From assembly GCF_006345805.1 (NCBI RefSeq), contig NC_043007.1, forward strand, positions 3,100,001 through 3,164,000: a stretch of 64,000 bases of DNA. Direction: 5' to 3'. Below, piece by piece: positions 27,990-42,614 of the stretch. The stretch comes from Octopus sinensis (Eukaryota). Below the pieces are notes generated by a model. That model ran no database searches and was not told the origin of the DNA. It saw nothing but the letters and a program-made list of their open reading frames with translations. The first letter of the stretch is position 1. Every line of letters begins with the position of its first letter. A program made the position numbers and the translations under genes.

Positions 27990-29261
27990 TAGCATCTCCT
28001 TGCAGACACAATTCTTAGTAATCATACTGTTTCTATTTCTTTCAGTCAATGTTTTTACATTAGCCTTCTTTCGAACTCTAGATAATGCAACGTACAGCTG
28101 ACCATGTGAGAATTGCGTCGGTAGATATATTCAAGTTTTTTCAAAAGTCTGTCCCTGTGTCATATTGTCCTTCAAGGCAAAAACTGGCTTGACAGGAAAT
28201 AGCGTGTAAATGTGAATGGAAATTCCATTTTTTGAGATACATGTAGTATTCTTGGGGTTAACAGAGTCGATCCTGCATAAGGACCAGAAGCAACCTCAGC
28301 CTCAATAGCATGATCATGTAAACTGACAACGATGTAGTGTGTGCCATTGCAATGTCTATTTGTAGCGTGTAAATTTCTCAGAAGCATTATGCAGCATTTT
28401 TTCTTCGGTTTGAGAATGTATGGTGGAAACCCTGATGGCGTAAGTTTGTTGATGATCTCGGTTGAGTGCAGAGTTTCATTATCAACTGTATCTGAGCTTC
28501 TGCACATCTTTAGCTCACCGGGGATCCTGGTCAACAGAAAATCATTCACAGATTGTGCTGCTTCATTTGTTGGAGTAACAATGGTTCTATTTACAAGCCA
28601 CACAGGATTTCTGAAGTTATTTTTGAGGTCAGCATATACAAACTCACACAGATCTGAAAGAGTACCCCTTTCAAGGCAAGGGTTATTGGGCAGTTTGAGT
28701 TTGAATTCACCTAGGCTTTGTTCAACAGAAATGTTACCATTTCCTACATCACGAAGGTAATAAGCAAACTCTCTTTCATCAGAATGTCCTCCTGTAAGAA
28801 GTATTAGATTGGTTGTCAACTCGACTACCAACACTTGGTCAAAAAGAAAGAAACCCTTTTTTGTGTTACACCAACACTTTGTGATCTGACAACATGACGT
28901 ACAACTGGAAGTGTTTGTAACCAGTCACCACACAGTAATACAGTGAGTGCACCAAAAGAAAAGTCGCATATTTTTGTAAACGCCCCATGTTGAATTGAAA
29001 AGTCTAATGTGATATTTGCGTAATAACAAACACAAACCTGGAGTGTGCGAAGAGTGTGTGTGTGTGTGTGTGCGATTATATTAGAGAGACAGTGTGAGTG
29101 TGTGCTTGTGTGTGAGAGAGAGTGAGAGGGACGGGGAGAGCACATTTCAAACAATGAATAAAAAAACATGAAATGAGAAAATAGTATAAGGAAAAGTATG
29201 TTAAAAACTACACCCTTTAGTGATAGAAATAGCAGCGATCGCATAGTTATTATTGTAAAGA
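27990..29261 (-). mobile_element. Internally deleted Helitron: 5' TC terminus joined to a pseudogenised PIF1-like helicase C-terminal half
   Basis: FGALTVLLCGDWLQTLPVV; TIVTPTNEAAQSVND; PSGFPP...IMLLRNL...CNGT; MTQGQTF...FSHGQLYVALSRV; A|TCTTTACAATAATAAC start at 29261; 3' CTAG end not found. Confidence 0.92.
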
Positions 29262-30066
29262 TTATAGCGTTCCAAGCAGCTGTGCCAAGAAAATCACCTC
29301 TTCATTAAAAAAATATATATACCGGTATATTAAAGAATTTTTTATTTTATAATATCAAAAAACTCCGGAAACAAACTCCGGGAGCTGATAATATTCTTGA
29401 AATTGTGCATCGTATCAAAGTTATATAGCTATTTTGCCTAATATCATGCATTTATTCAGCACAAAACCATTTAAAAATTACACCGGTATATAAAAAATCT
29501 TCATTTTATCAAAAATATTCATTTAACAAACTCCAGAAAATGATATTATTCTTGAAATTGTGCCTCGTATCAAATTTATACAGTAATTATTAAATTATCA
29601 TTTATGAAAATAGAGGCGAGTGAGAGTGAGAGACTGTTGCAAATAAAAACGTAAAATGTAGCCTACAACGACTTAATAGTGTTTATTATTAAATATTAAA
29701 ATCTATTCCGCACTGAATGTAATGAATATTTAAATTTAGCAAGAATTGAACACAGTGAATTCAATGAATATTTAAATTTGCGAGAATTCGGATTTTAGAA
29801 AATTCAATAATCTTCAGAAAGTGAGATTATAGGCAAATTTTTAGAACATGAATTTATGAAAATATTTCAAGACCATCAAACCTTTAGTAATTTCTTTCTT
29901 TTAGTACTTTTATTAACTGTTACATATCTCAGCTACTTGGTGTGTGTGTCATGATGTGGTTGCCCACTCCTAAAAAAATGAGGAATAGGCCTGGGTATAT
30001 ATAAGAAACAGCTGTAATGAGCTGACAATTATCCATCGTATGTTAATATTCATTTGATTATACATA

Positions 30067-30103
<37 letters not shown>

Positions 30104-30199
30104 GCGCGTGCATGTATGTATATATATACACATAAAGAGAGAGATGCGTTTATATACTATAGTTTAGTTAATGTTGGTTGTGGAAATTAAGCTATAAAT

Positions 30200-30391
30200 T
30201 GCTGTTTCAACCTTTTGGCATAAGGGCAGCAGTTTTGAGGTAGGGGATTAGTCGATTACATCGAACCCAGTGTTTCACTGCTATTTAATTTATCGATCCC
30301 GAAAGGATGAAAAGCAAAGCCGACCTCGGTGGAATTTGAACTCAGACTGTCAATTTTACCCGGCGTGTTAACGATTCTGCAAGTTCGCCAC
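30200..30391 (-). mobile_element. SINE family A
   Basis: TCGATCCCGAAAGGATGAAAAGCAAAGCCGACCTCGGTGGAATTTGAACTC. Confidence 0.85.
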
Positions 30392-30434
30392 ATTATAAGC
30401 TATACATAATAACGTTCAAATATTGGGTTGTGGA

Positions 30435-30710
30435 GGCACATGGCTTTGTGGTTAAAGCAGCGGACTCGCTGACGAGGGATCGCGGGTTCATATTTCAAAC
30501 CGGGCGATGTATGTTTATCAGCGAAACACAGCTCCGGCAGAATGTAATGGCGAACCTCTTGCGGCTCTTTCGTCATAACTTTCTCTCACTCTTTCCTCCT
30601 ATATCTAGCAACTCACCTGCGACGGACCGTCGTCCCGTCCAGGTTGGGAACCTATGCGCCAATGAAACCGGGAAACCGGCTTTTATGAGCCACGTTTGGC
30701 TCGAGAAGGA
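30435..30710 (+). mobile_element. SINE family C (V-domain-like GACCGTCGTCCCGTCCAG segment)
   Basis: tRNA-like head; homologous to the 13153 and 51127 copies. Confidence 0.85.
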
Positions 30711-30944
30711 ACAAACAACAAAATATTGGGTTAAAAACGCCATTGGAATGAAGATCGAACCCACATCACAGTAAACATGACAGGCATTCTAAAACTGGAT
30801 CAAAATAATCATTGGAACACTTCTATCCAATTTTCAATATTTATTCTTCCCAGCGAGAATTCTATGTCTTTGACCTCATCAGCATTCATAACCTTCTTCA
30901 AAGGTTTATAAATTATTAGTTTATAAATCAACAATATATATATA

Positions 30945-31019
30945 TATACATATATGTGTGTGTATGTATGTATGCATGTACGTACGTACGAACGTACTTA
31001 TGTATGCAAGTATGTAGTG

Positions 31020-31076
<57 letters not shown>

Positions 31077-31141
31077 GGTGTGTGTGTGATGTATATAATA
31101 TAAATGAATAAATATATATATACCTACATATATATAAGTGT

Positions 31142-31181
<40 letters not shown>

Positions 31182-31380
31182 TACTGCACACATGCATACT
31201 TGCATACATACGTACTTTCGTACGTACGTGCATGCGTACATACACACACATATTGTATATATATATACAATTATATATATGTATGTATATATATTTTTCA
31301 TTTATATTATATAAATACACACACATATATATACATGCACACGTACATACTTGCATATATACGTACGTACGTGCATGCAT

Positions 31381-31412
<32 letters not shown>

Positions 31413-31413
31413 G

Positions 31414-31449
<36 letters not shown>

Positions 31450-31552
31450 GAAAGAGGACAACGAACTCCGAGCATAATAAGCATCTCAGGTCATATGCAT
31501 TATTTCATATATATATATTTTATATATATATATATTATGTATGTATGTGTAC

Positions 31553-31630
<78 letters not shown>

Positions 31631-31810
31631 ATAAATAAATAGACAGACAGGCAGACAGACAGACAGACAGACAGACAGACGGACAGACAGACAGATAGAC
31701 AAACTGAAAGGCAAGAAGAAAGAAAGAAAGAAAGAGAGAAAGAAAGAAAGAAAGAAAGGAAGAAAAAAGAACGAAAGAAAGAGGGAAAGAATACAAGAAA
31801 GAAAGATGTA
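30945..31810. repeat. Compound (TA)n, (GATA)n, (GACA)n, (GAAA)n microsatellites
   Basis: Directly visible. Confidence 0.95.
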
Positions 31811-32231
31811 TAGACAGATTGATTGATGGGTTTTGCAAAGCAATTTATTTAGAATGTAACGTACTAACACCTCCTTGGTATATAGTCTCTTGATCGTAAG
31901 TGTAGCTTATCAAGTGTGGTCGAACGCGCTTTAGCTTTTGCAGAGGTGAGATGAATGAGATTTGATTTTCTGACTTTCCGCTTATAAAGACCATTTTACT
32001 TTTACCTCGGTTTTTGCTTTCTTATTCAATCCAGCGATATTATATTTATTCTTTTATCTTTCCAGGCTGAGAAAACGCACAACACTAATATAACGATGCA
32101 ACTTCTTTTCACGGATATCAACAAGTTTGTCTGCCGAGAGACATGAACTGTGAAGTTTCGTACAAAACTCTTCTCTGGAGTATAATATCTTTTTCAAAGC
32201 AATATTCTCTGTTGGAAAATCCATGATTTAA

Positions 32232-32998
32232 TTCTTTACTGCCCACAGGGGCTAAATATAGATGCGACAAAGAAGGACAGACAAAGGGATTAAGTCGATT
32301 ACATCGACCCCAGTGCGAGACAGGTACTTTATTTATCGACCCCGAAAGGATGAAAGGCAAAGTCGACCTCGGCGGAATTTGAACACAGAACGTAACGACA
32401 GACGAAATACCTATTTCTTTACTACCCACAAGGGGCTAACATAGAGGGGACAAAGGACAGACAAAGGGATTAAGTCGATTACATCGACCCCAGTGCGTAA
32501 CTGGTACTTATTTAATCGACCCCGAAAGGATGAAAGGCAAAGTCGACCTCGGCGGAATTTGAACTCAGAACGTAACGACAGACGAAATACCTATTTCTTT
32601 ACTACCCACAAGGGGCTAACATAGAGGGGACAAAGGACAGACAAAGGGATTAAGTCGATTACATCGACCCCAGTGCGTAACTGGTACTTATTTAATCGAC
32701 CCCGAAAGGATGAAAGGCAAAGTCGACCTCGGCGGAATTTGAACTCAGAACGTAACGACAGACGAAATACCTATTTCTTTACTACCCACAAGGAGCTAAC
32801 ATAGAGGGGACAAAGGACAGACATAGGGATTAAGTCAATTACATCGACCCCAGTGTGTAACTGGTACTTATTTAATCGACCCAGAAAAGATGAAAGGCAA
32901 AGTCGACCTCGGCGGAATTTGAACTCAGAACGTAAAGACAGACGAAATACCGCTAAGCATTTCGCCCGGCGCGCTAACGTTTCTGCCAGCTCGCCGCC
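32232..32998 (-). mobile_element. SINE family A head-to-tail tetramer (180-bp period)
   Basis: GACGAAATAC|CTATTTCTTT at 32401, 32581 and 32761; single tRNA head at about 32950-32998. Confidence 0.95.
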
Positions 32999-34152
32999 TT
33001 TTGGAAAAAACATGATTCCCACATACTGGTTACCTTCTATTCCTTTACTCCGTTTCAGTTCTTGAACGGGGCCATGCTGCAGCATCACCTTGAAACTTTT
33101 ACTCGACCCCAATATTTGTTTTAAATATGCTATTCGTACTGTCGCTCTGTTTTATAGGAACACTTCATACATACCCACTCGCACACACTCACACACACAC
33201 ACACTCACAAACACACACATACAAACACACACACAACAAACACTCACACAAACGCCGGCACGCACAAGCACACACACGCACACACACATACACACGCACA
33301 TATACATTGTCTCGGGGGAGCCATTTTGTATGCGCTGTTTCGGTTTGATTTCTTTAATTTCATTCCGTAATTGCTCAGCTATTTAAGCATCGAACTAATC
33401 GAACGTTTGATTACTCATTCAGTTAATCAATCAATAAGCTGCGTTGATCAAAGTCCTTTCATCGCCAATGGTGGCCTCTTCAGGGACGTCTTCTCTCCAC
33501 TCCATCAACTCTTTATCTTTTAGACTCAGATTCAATATTTATGTAGTTGTATGGATGTGTGCGGGGATGTACGTGAGAAGTGGAACGGAATAAGAGAATG
33601 TGCGTTCGTATATATATATTCTTGTGAGTGTGCGTTTAGACGTGTGTGCGTATGTGATTACCTCTGAATGTGTCTGTGCGTTCAAGCGTGTGTGGGTCTG
33701 GTGTGTATGCTTGTGTATATGTGGATTTGTGTTTCTGTGCTGTCGTTCTGTCTCTGAGTATGTGCATTTGAGAGTGTGTCTATGTATGCGTGTGTGAGTG
33801 TTTTTCATTTTTTTTTATATTTATCTTCTATACGCGTCTGTATGACTGGATGGATTGCGTGTGGGCGTCAGTGTTTGTAAGGGTGTCTACTGTTTAACCA
33901 TACACAACGGCACTTTTTCAAGGTTTGTACTAATCGAATTACAATTGTAATGTCCGGTTCGATAGTTAACGAATTGAGTGACAATACAGAAGTAAAATTG
34001 AGTCAACGCCGGTGTTTATAATTGGTATAATGACCTTCCCGAAATACAACAAAATATGTTTCAATATAAGAGTTCATATTAAAATTTGTAAGCCAAACAC
34101 AAAAGTGATGTGTGTATAACTGAAAACGTATATATTATATATATATATTGGG

Positions 34153-34227
<75 letters not shown>

Positions 34228-34369
34228 CGGGTCTACGACAAACAATTATATATCTCAACTTAAGAATAAAAGAAATATATATACACACACAAATATTACA
34301 TTCCATAGAATCCATTACTAATCGCCCCATCACAGCTATATCTTCACCCATTCATATTCTCCCTTCTCT

Positions 34370-34530
34370 GTTCTTTTTCTTCTTCTTCCTCTTCTTCTTC
34401 TTCATCATCATCATTATCATCATCATCGTCGTCATCGTCATCACCACCATCATCATCGTCATCTTCTCCTTCTCCTCTTCTTACATCGTCATCATCATCG
34501 GCACCGTCATCTTCTTCTTCTTCTTCTACT
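34370..34530. repeat. (CTT)n/(CAT)n trinucleotide low-complexity tract
   Basis: Directly visible. Confidence 0.93.
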
Positions 34531-34572
34531 TCTCACCTTCTACCCCTTAACCTTGTCACTAATGTCTTTAAG

Positions 34573-34726
34573 TATAACGCCTACGCAGCGACTGCGGTCG
34601 CCACTGACCAGCCCAGATTTTCCACTCCCACCCCCTCAAGAACTCACAACGACCTCGAATACACAAGTGCAAACAAGGGAGTCAGAGAAAGGCAGAATGC
34701 CACCTATATCTGAAACTACTATGGAA
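34573..34726 (+). CDS. Candidate host exon, product unknown
   Basis: GC-richer unique sequence after a pyrimidine tract and TTTAAG acceptor; two open frames (YNAYAATAVATDQPRF...NATYI* or ITPTQRLRSPLTSPDFPLPPPQ...ETTME followed by GTATTC); no family recognised. Confidence 0.3.
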
Positions 34727-34878
34727 GTATTCTTTAAAAAATCCCTTTTTCTAATTTTTCTAATTTTTCTAAATTTAATTATTTAATCGTTACAGTTGAA
34801 AAGGTCTCAAAATGACCGAAACCGGTACTGAAAGATTCACTATAAAATCATCTTAGCATTTTCTATTTTGACTTGTTT

Positions 34879-35037
<159 letters not shown>

Positions 35038-35107
35038 CCATGATAGATCGTTAGCTACTACACGCATTTTTTTCTCTCCTTGTTCTCTCCTTGTTTTATT
35101 CTGTGTA

Positions 35108-35145
35108 TCTTTCTGTCGAAGAGAGTAGGCTCGAAACGTAAAAGA
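35108..35145 (+). ncRNA. Hammerhead-like motif with A6U core deviation in a short interspersed repeat (about 35065-35235)
   Basis: Stem I TCTTT/AAAGA; CTGTCGA plus extra A; stem II GAG/CTC; GAAA; palindromic ACGT stem III; GUA triplet. Confidence 0.5.
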
Positions 35146-35372
35146 CTTTTTCTATTCCTGAGCGCTATACTAATACATTTGTTTGTTTGTACTCCACCTG
35201 CCTTCGTCTTTTGCTTATTTTCGTAAACTTTCCCTTTATAGATATATATATATATATATACATTATTAAGGACATTACTACACATAAATGCCTCACGCTA
35301 TATGGGACTCTTAAAGTCAAAACTACAATAACGTGTGTCGAACGAGAGGGAATGCAAAACTTAAACCGTAAG

Positions 35373-35417
<45 letters not shown>

Positions 35418-35450
35418 ATATATATATAATATATATAATATATATATATA

Positions 35451-35654
35451 TTGGAAGTTTGGAGATGATGTACAGGCATTATATATTAGAAGAAATGAGG
35501 TAATCAGAAGAACAGATGGTTTATATTTACAGATATTTATTTATATATTCCATTTTTTTAGATATAATCTAAGTGATATGATATATATGTAAAAAATGTA
35601 ATATAAATTAAATATCTGTAAATATAAACCATCGATCTTTGATTACCTCATTTC

Positions 35655-35709
<55 letters not shown>

Positions 35710-35896
35710 GGAAGGTTTGGAGATGATGTACAGGTATTATATATAGAAGAAATGAGGTAATCAGAAGATCAGATGGTTTATATTTACAGATATTTATTTA
35801 TATATTACATTTTTTTAGATATATATCTAAGTGATATGATATATATGTAAAAAATGTAATATATAAATAAATATCTGTAAATATAAACCATCCGAT
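35451..35896. repeat. Two tandem copies (about 257-bp period) of a repeat end, each with an internal inverted duplication
   Basis: TTGGAAG..TGGAGATGATGTACAGG at 35451 and 35708; GATGGTTTATATTTACAGATATTT inverted to AAATATCTGTAAATATAAACCATC in each unit. Confidence 0.85.
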
Positions 35897-35909
35897 ATAT
35901 ATATATATA

Positions 35910-36048
35910 CAACGGGCTTCTTTCAGTTTCCGTCTACCAAATCTACTCACAAGGCTTTGGTCGGTCCGACACTATAGTAGAAAACACTTGCCTAAGGTGC
36001 CATGCAGTGGGGTTGAACCCGGAAACATGTGGTTGGGAAGCTGCGCCT
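35910..36048 (-). mobile_element. SINE family B, 5' part
   Basis: CTTCTTTCAGTTTCCGTCTACCAAATC...CACTTGCCTAAGGTGCC. Confidence 0.85.
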
Positions 36049-36451
36049 GTACTAGTTTTTTTTTATATCATCATTTCTTTTTTCGTGTCGAATATTGCGT
36101 TATTATTATCGTAATTTCATTCCCTAGAAACCTTCCTCTCCAAAAATTGAGCTTGATGTCATGTAATGGCATCAAGAGCATCGTTGGTAACGTGATGTTT
36201 GATGTGACAATCGTGTCATAAAACAGTGGAAAGAAGATGATTGTCTCAATTCGCAGTGGATTGTTTCTACGTTTGTAACTGTTTCGTAGCGACAGAGTTG
36301 ATGTCGTTACAACTCATTGGAAGCATGCGCGTCGTCGAAATATTCTGTTTCATCTAAATAGCTATTAGTCAGGATAAGCTCACTGGTTAAATGTTATAGG
36401 AAGAAACAACGAATTATTGGAAACAATTCAAATAAAGTGGAGTGTAGCACA

Positions 36452-38137
<1,686 letters not shown>

Positions 38138-38160
38138 GATAGATAGATAGATAGCTAGAT

Positions 38161-38254
<94 letters not shown>
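38138..38254. repeat. (GATA)n tract at the 5' truncation point of the LINE
   Basis: Directly visible. Confidence 0.97.
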
Positions 38255-38255
<1 letters not shown>

Positions 38256-38847
38256 GCACACACAGATATTTACGCATTCATAAACTCACACTTTCACATT
38301 CGTAATCACGAACAGTCTGTCACACATAAGAAAGAACAGCACAGAACGCACTCGTAGACACCGAGTCGCAGAGTGAGACTGAAAAAGCATCACTGAAATA
38401 CATATAACAATAAAAACTTAGAGTTATCATGAAATAATTACACTTAAAGAGAGAAAAAATGGACGGCAATAAAAAAGGAGAAAACAGAACAATGAAATAA
38501 TAAAACTGGTGAGAATGAACATAAAAACAAATTATTTTAGTCGTGGCTCTCAACTTTGTAATTTGTTGTCATGGTTTTTTTATTGCTTTGCTGAGGTCCA
38601 AAGGTTTTTTGTTATATAGTATTCCTTTTAATATGATCTTTCTTATCTCGAAATTACAGTTATGATTATATCGTTCATATTTGAAAGAAGTTGTTATTTC
38701 GGTACAAGGCAGTAAGGCAACAATTATGGAACGTTGTGTGTGTGTATATGCCTATCTGAGTCTGTATGAGAGTGTGTGCGTGTGTGTATGTATATGTATG
38801 TGTGCGTGTGTGGTGTGTGTGTGTATGTGTGTTTGTGTATAAGGTTC

Positions 38848-38995
38848 AGGTGTGTCTGTTTGGTTAAGAAGCTTACCAACCCCATGTCTTAAGTTCAGTC
38901 TCACTTTGCGACATCTTGGGCAAGTATCTTCTACTATAGTCCCGAGCCGATCAAAGCATTCTGAATGGTTTTAGTAGACAGAAACAGAAAGAGCC
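38848..38995 (+). mobile_element. SINE family B, degraded 5' part
   Basis: CATCTTGGGCAAGTATCTTCTACTATAGTCCCGAGCCGATCAAAGC. Confidence 0.75.
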
Positions 38996-39094
38996 AAGTT
39001 GCAATGGAAGTTTTGTCCGTTTTCTTTAGTTAGAAAAAATCTAGTTAGATTTAAAGATGGTTATCTTCTCAATTCTATTTGAAATACGACGAAA

Positions 39095-39489
39095 TCTTTA
39101 TATATAAAAGTCAAGTTGTATGTCTGTCTTCTACGATTTAGATTCCTAACTACTCCCACATTTTGCGGTGCAGTGTAACCAAAAGCGGGTATCTTATAGT
39201 CGTGATTCATATCGAGCCCTTCTGGGTATTAGCGCGCGTCTACGATGAGACTACGATTTAAAAAAAAATTACCATCATTTTTTCCCATTTTTAATGCATT
39301 TTTTTGCTATTTTATAAGGGAAGTAACTCTCTAAAAATGTATTATTAAATCTCAGAACGTAAAAAGCTACAGTAACAACCCCCCTTTGTGGTTTGCCATA
39401 TTGAGATGGCTATTATACTTTACATCTCTAAAAATGCTTATATAGTTATTTCCCTTACAAACCCGAGCAACGCCGGGCGATACTGCTAG
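39095..39489 (+). mobile_element. Complete non-autonomous Helitron (395 bp)
   Basis: Starts TCTTTATATATAAAA after an A; ends with hairpin CCCG-agcaacgc-CGGG then ...CTGCTAG before a T; no target-site duplication. Confidence 0.88.
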
Positions 39490-39884
39490 TCATTGATATA
39501 ACTTTTTCTTACATTAATTTTTTCATATTTTATCTTTTATCATAATTGAGCTTGTATTGACTCCATGTTCACTCCAAGCATATACCATACTCGCACGTTA
39601 TCCTTCATGAATTTCCAAAAGGGAAAAGTGCATGTTTAGCAGAAAGATCCCTCCAAAACACTGATGGTGATGGTGTAGCGACTGAAAAAAATGAGCAGAA
39701 GATGGTTTTCTCGATTCAGAAACGGGGTCGGCATCTACAGGATGAATGAAAGGAAGGACAACCAAATGGGTTGGGTCCTGAGGCACTGGGAGCCACTGTT
39801 TAAGCAAACCTGACTGTTACAGTTCGACAACTAAGCGCGGGATCCAAACGTATTTATAAATGTGTATCGTTTTATCTTCTCATG

Positions 39885-40480
<596 letters not shown>

Positions 40481-41719
40481 TGTCTGTGTATGTATGAATG
40501 TATATATTAAACTATACACATACGATAATGTTTGCCTATATGTGAAGTTATAGATAAGAGCAATCTAACATGAAATTAAAGGATTACACAATTCATTTTC
40601 GGAGATTACATATCTATTAATCTATCGTCTTATTCACAGTCACCAGACTGTGAATTACTTTGGTTATTTGTATAGGTTCTGGTAGAGTTTTCATTAGATA
40701 GAAGCAGTAATTTGAATGAGAGTTAGGTACGGGGTAGATACATAGAGGAAGTGATTACTCAGGAAGTGCGAAACTTCAGCCAACATATACGGTGTTCTGA
40801 ATATGACGCATATATTTACTCTTTCAGTTTCACACCAAATTGAATCTTATGCAATAACACATTCTGTGTATCAAACCAGAATAACTCTCTTTACAATACC
40901 ATTTATTTGTTACCCACATCTTACAAATACATACGTTTCTTGTATCCTCCATTTTTATACTTCGAGAAAAGGGAATTTTAATTAACTTCAACTATTTCTA
41001 TTTTCTTTTCTCATTAATTCTGAAGACAATTGCACATACACATGCATGTATAGTATTCTTGTAAGTGTGTGTGTGTGTGTTTGTGTTTGTGCGTGGTTGT
41101 GTGTATGTATGTGTGTGCATGTGTGTATATGAGTGTATATGTACGTCTGTGTGAATGTATATCGTTTTATCTTCTTATCGTTTTATATTTCTTGTGAATG
41201 TGCGTATATAGGCGTGTGTATGAACCTTTTTTGTGCGTGTGAGTGTGTGTTCGTATATATACGTGTGCGGATATTCGCGTATATAGACGTGTTTTACTCT
41301 TATTGCTTATTTTTTTACCCTTTTTTTACACATTTTTCTGTATTTTGCTTTTAGCCCTGTTTTTTTTCTTGTGCATGTGCGTACATAGACGTGTGCAAGA
41401 ACCTTTTTTATGTGCGTGTGTGTGTGCGAGTGTGTATGTGGATATGTATATATTTTTTGGCGAATTTGTGTGTAAGCATGTGTGTGTTTCAAGTGAGAGT
41501 GGATGAGTATATACTTATAGACGCATGTACGTGGGTGTGCGGACGCGCATGTGTATGTATGGACAGGCGCGCTTACGCGAATACTATGAAAATTTTTACT
41601 CCCTTACCTTACTCCTTCCCCTCACTTAGCGGTCTTTCAAATAGCTCTTTTTTTTTAATAACTGTCAATCACACAGTAATATCCCTTTGTATAACGGTCA
41701 TTTTCATAGCATTTTTTTC

Positions 41720-41787
41720 GATGGCCGGATAACTGAAGAGATGGCGGCGTGGGTTCCGCCCCAATATCCGAAACTCGGAGTTCCATC
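41720..41787 (+). ncRNA. Possible decayed hammerhead motif
   Basis: CTGAAGA 41733-41739, GGCGG/CCGCC hairpin, GAAA 41770-41773, palindromic ACTCGGAGT; stem I (GATGG/CCATC) is offset by 8 nt. Confidence 0.35.
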
Positions 41788-42241
41788 AAGGCGTATGAAA
41801 TATAAATTACAATAGCCACATTGCAATTAGAACGAAAAGTTTCGTCAAGTGCAAAAGATTTATCAAGGAGCTCAATCAAAAATGAAGTTATACCTATAAC
41901 ACTTATACAATGTATAAGAGCAAATTAAAAAGTCAGAATTGAAATAATACATAACTAACTTTTGGAATAACTACATTATATATAATAAATCTCCGCGTGA
42001 ATTATTCGATGTCAAATTTTCTATGCATTATTAATTTCTTGGTCATTTCAAATTCACGAAACATCGTATTACATTTTTTTACGGTAATTTCCTTGAAATG
42101 TCATTGATTTTTATTGACTTATTCATTGTCCATTTCTGCGTTTGCACCTTTTGATACAATATATATTAAGACAGTCGTGACCGCTTAATTCTCCTCAATA
42201 CCATTCAAAATTATTTCTTTAATGCATTTTTGTCTTACTCT

Positions 42242-42614
42242 CTTTTACTCTTTTACTTGTTTCAGTCATTTGAATGTGGCCATGCTGGAGCACCGCCTTT
42301 AGTCGATCAAATCGACCCCGAGACTTATTATTTGTAAGCCCAGTACTTATTCTATCGGTCTCTTTTGCCGAACCGCTAAGTGACGGGGACGTAAACACAC
42401 CAGCATCGGTTGTCAAGCAATGCTAGGGAGACAAACACACACACACCTATATACATATACATATATACGACAGGCTTCTTTCAGTTTCCGTCTATCAAAT
42501 CCACTCACAAGGCATTGGTCGGTCCGGGGCTATAGCAGAAGACACTTGCCCAAGATGCCACCCGGAACCATGTGGTTGGTTAGCAAGCTACTACCACACA
42601 GCCACTCCTGCGCC
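42242..42614 (-). mobile_element. SINE family B, near full length
   Basis: CTTTTACTCTTTTACTTGTTTCAGTC tail through CACACAGCCACTCCTGCGCC head. Confidence 0.9.

Noticed and set aside
28172-28834. Host PIF1 helicase gene
   Set aside because: Intronless, frameshifted, eroded motifs and preceded by a Helitron 5' terminus.
32232-32998. Regularly spaced repeats resembling a CRISPR array
   Set aside because: Contiguous 180-bp units with no unique spacers, identical to a dispersed SINE, in eukaryotic DNA with no cas genes.
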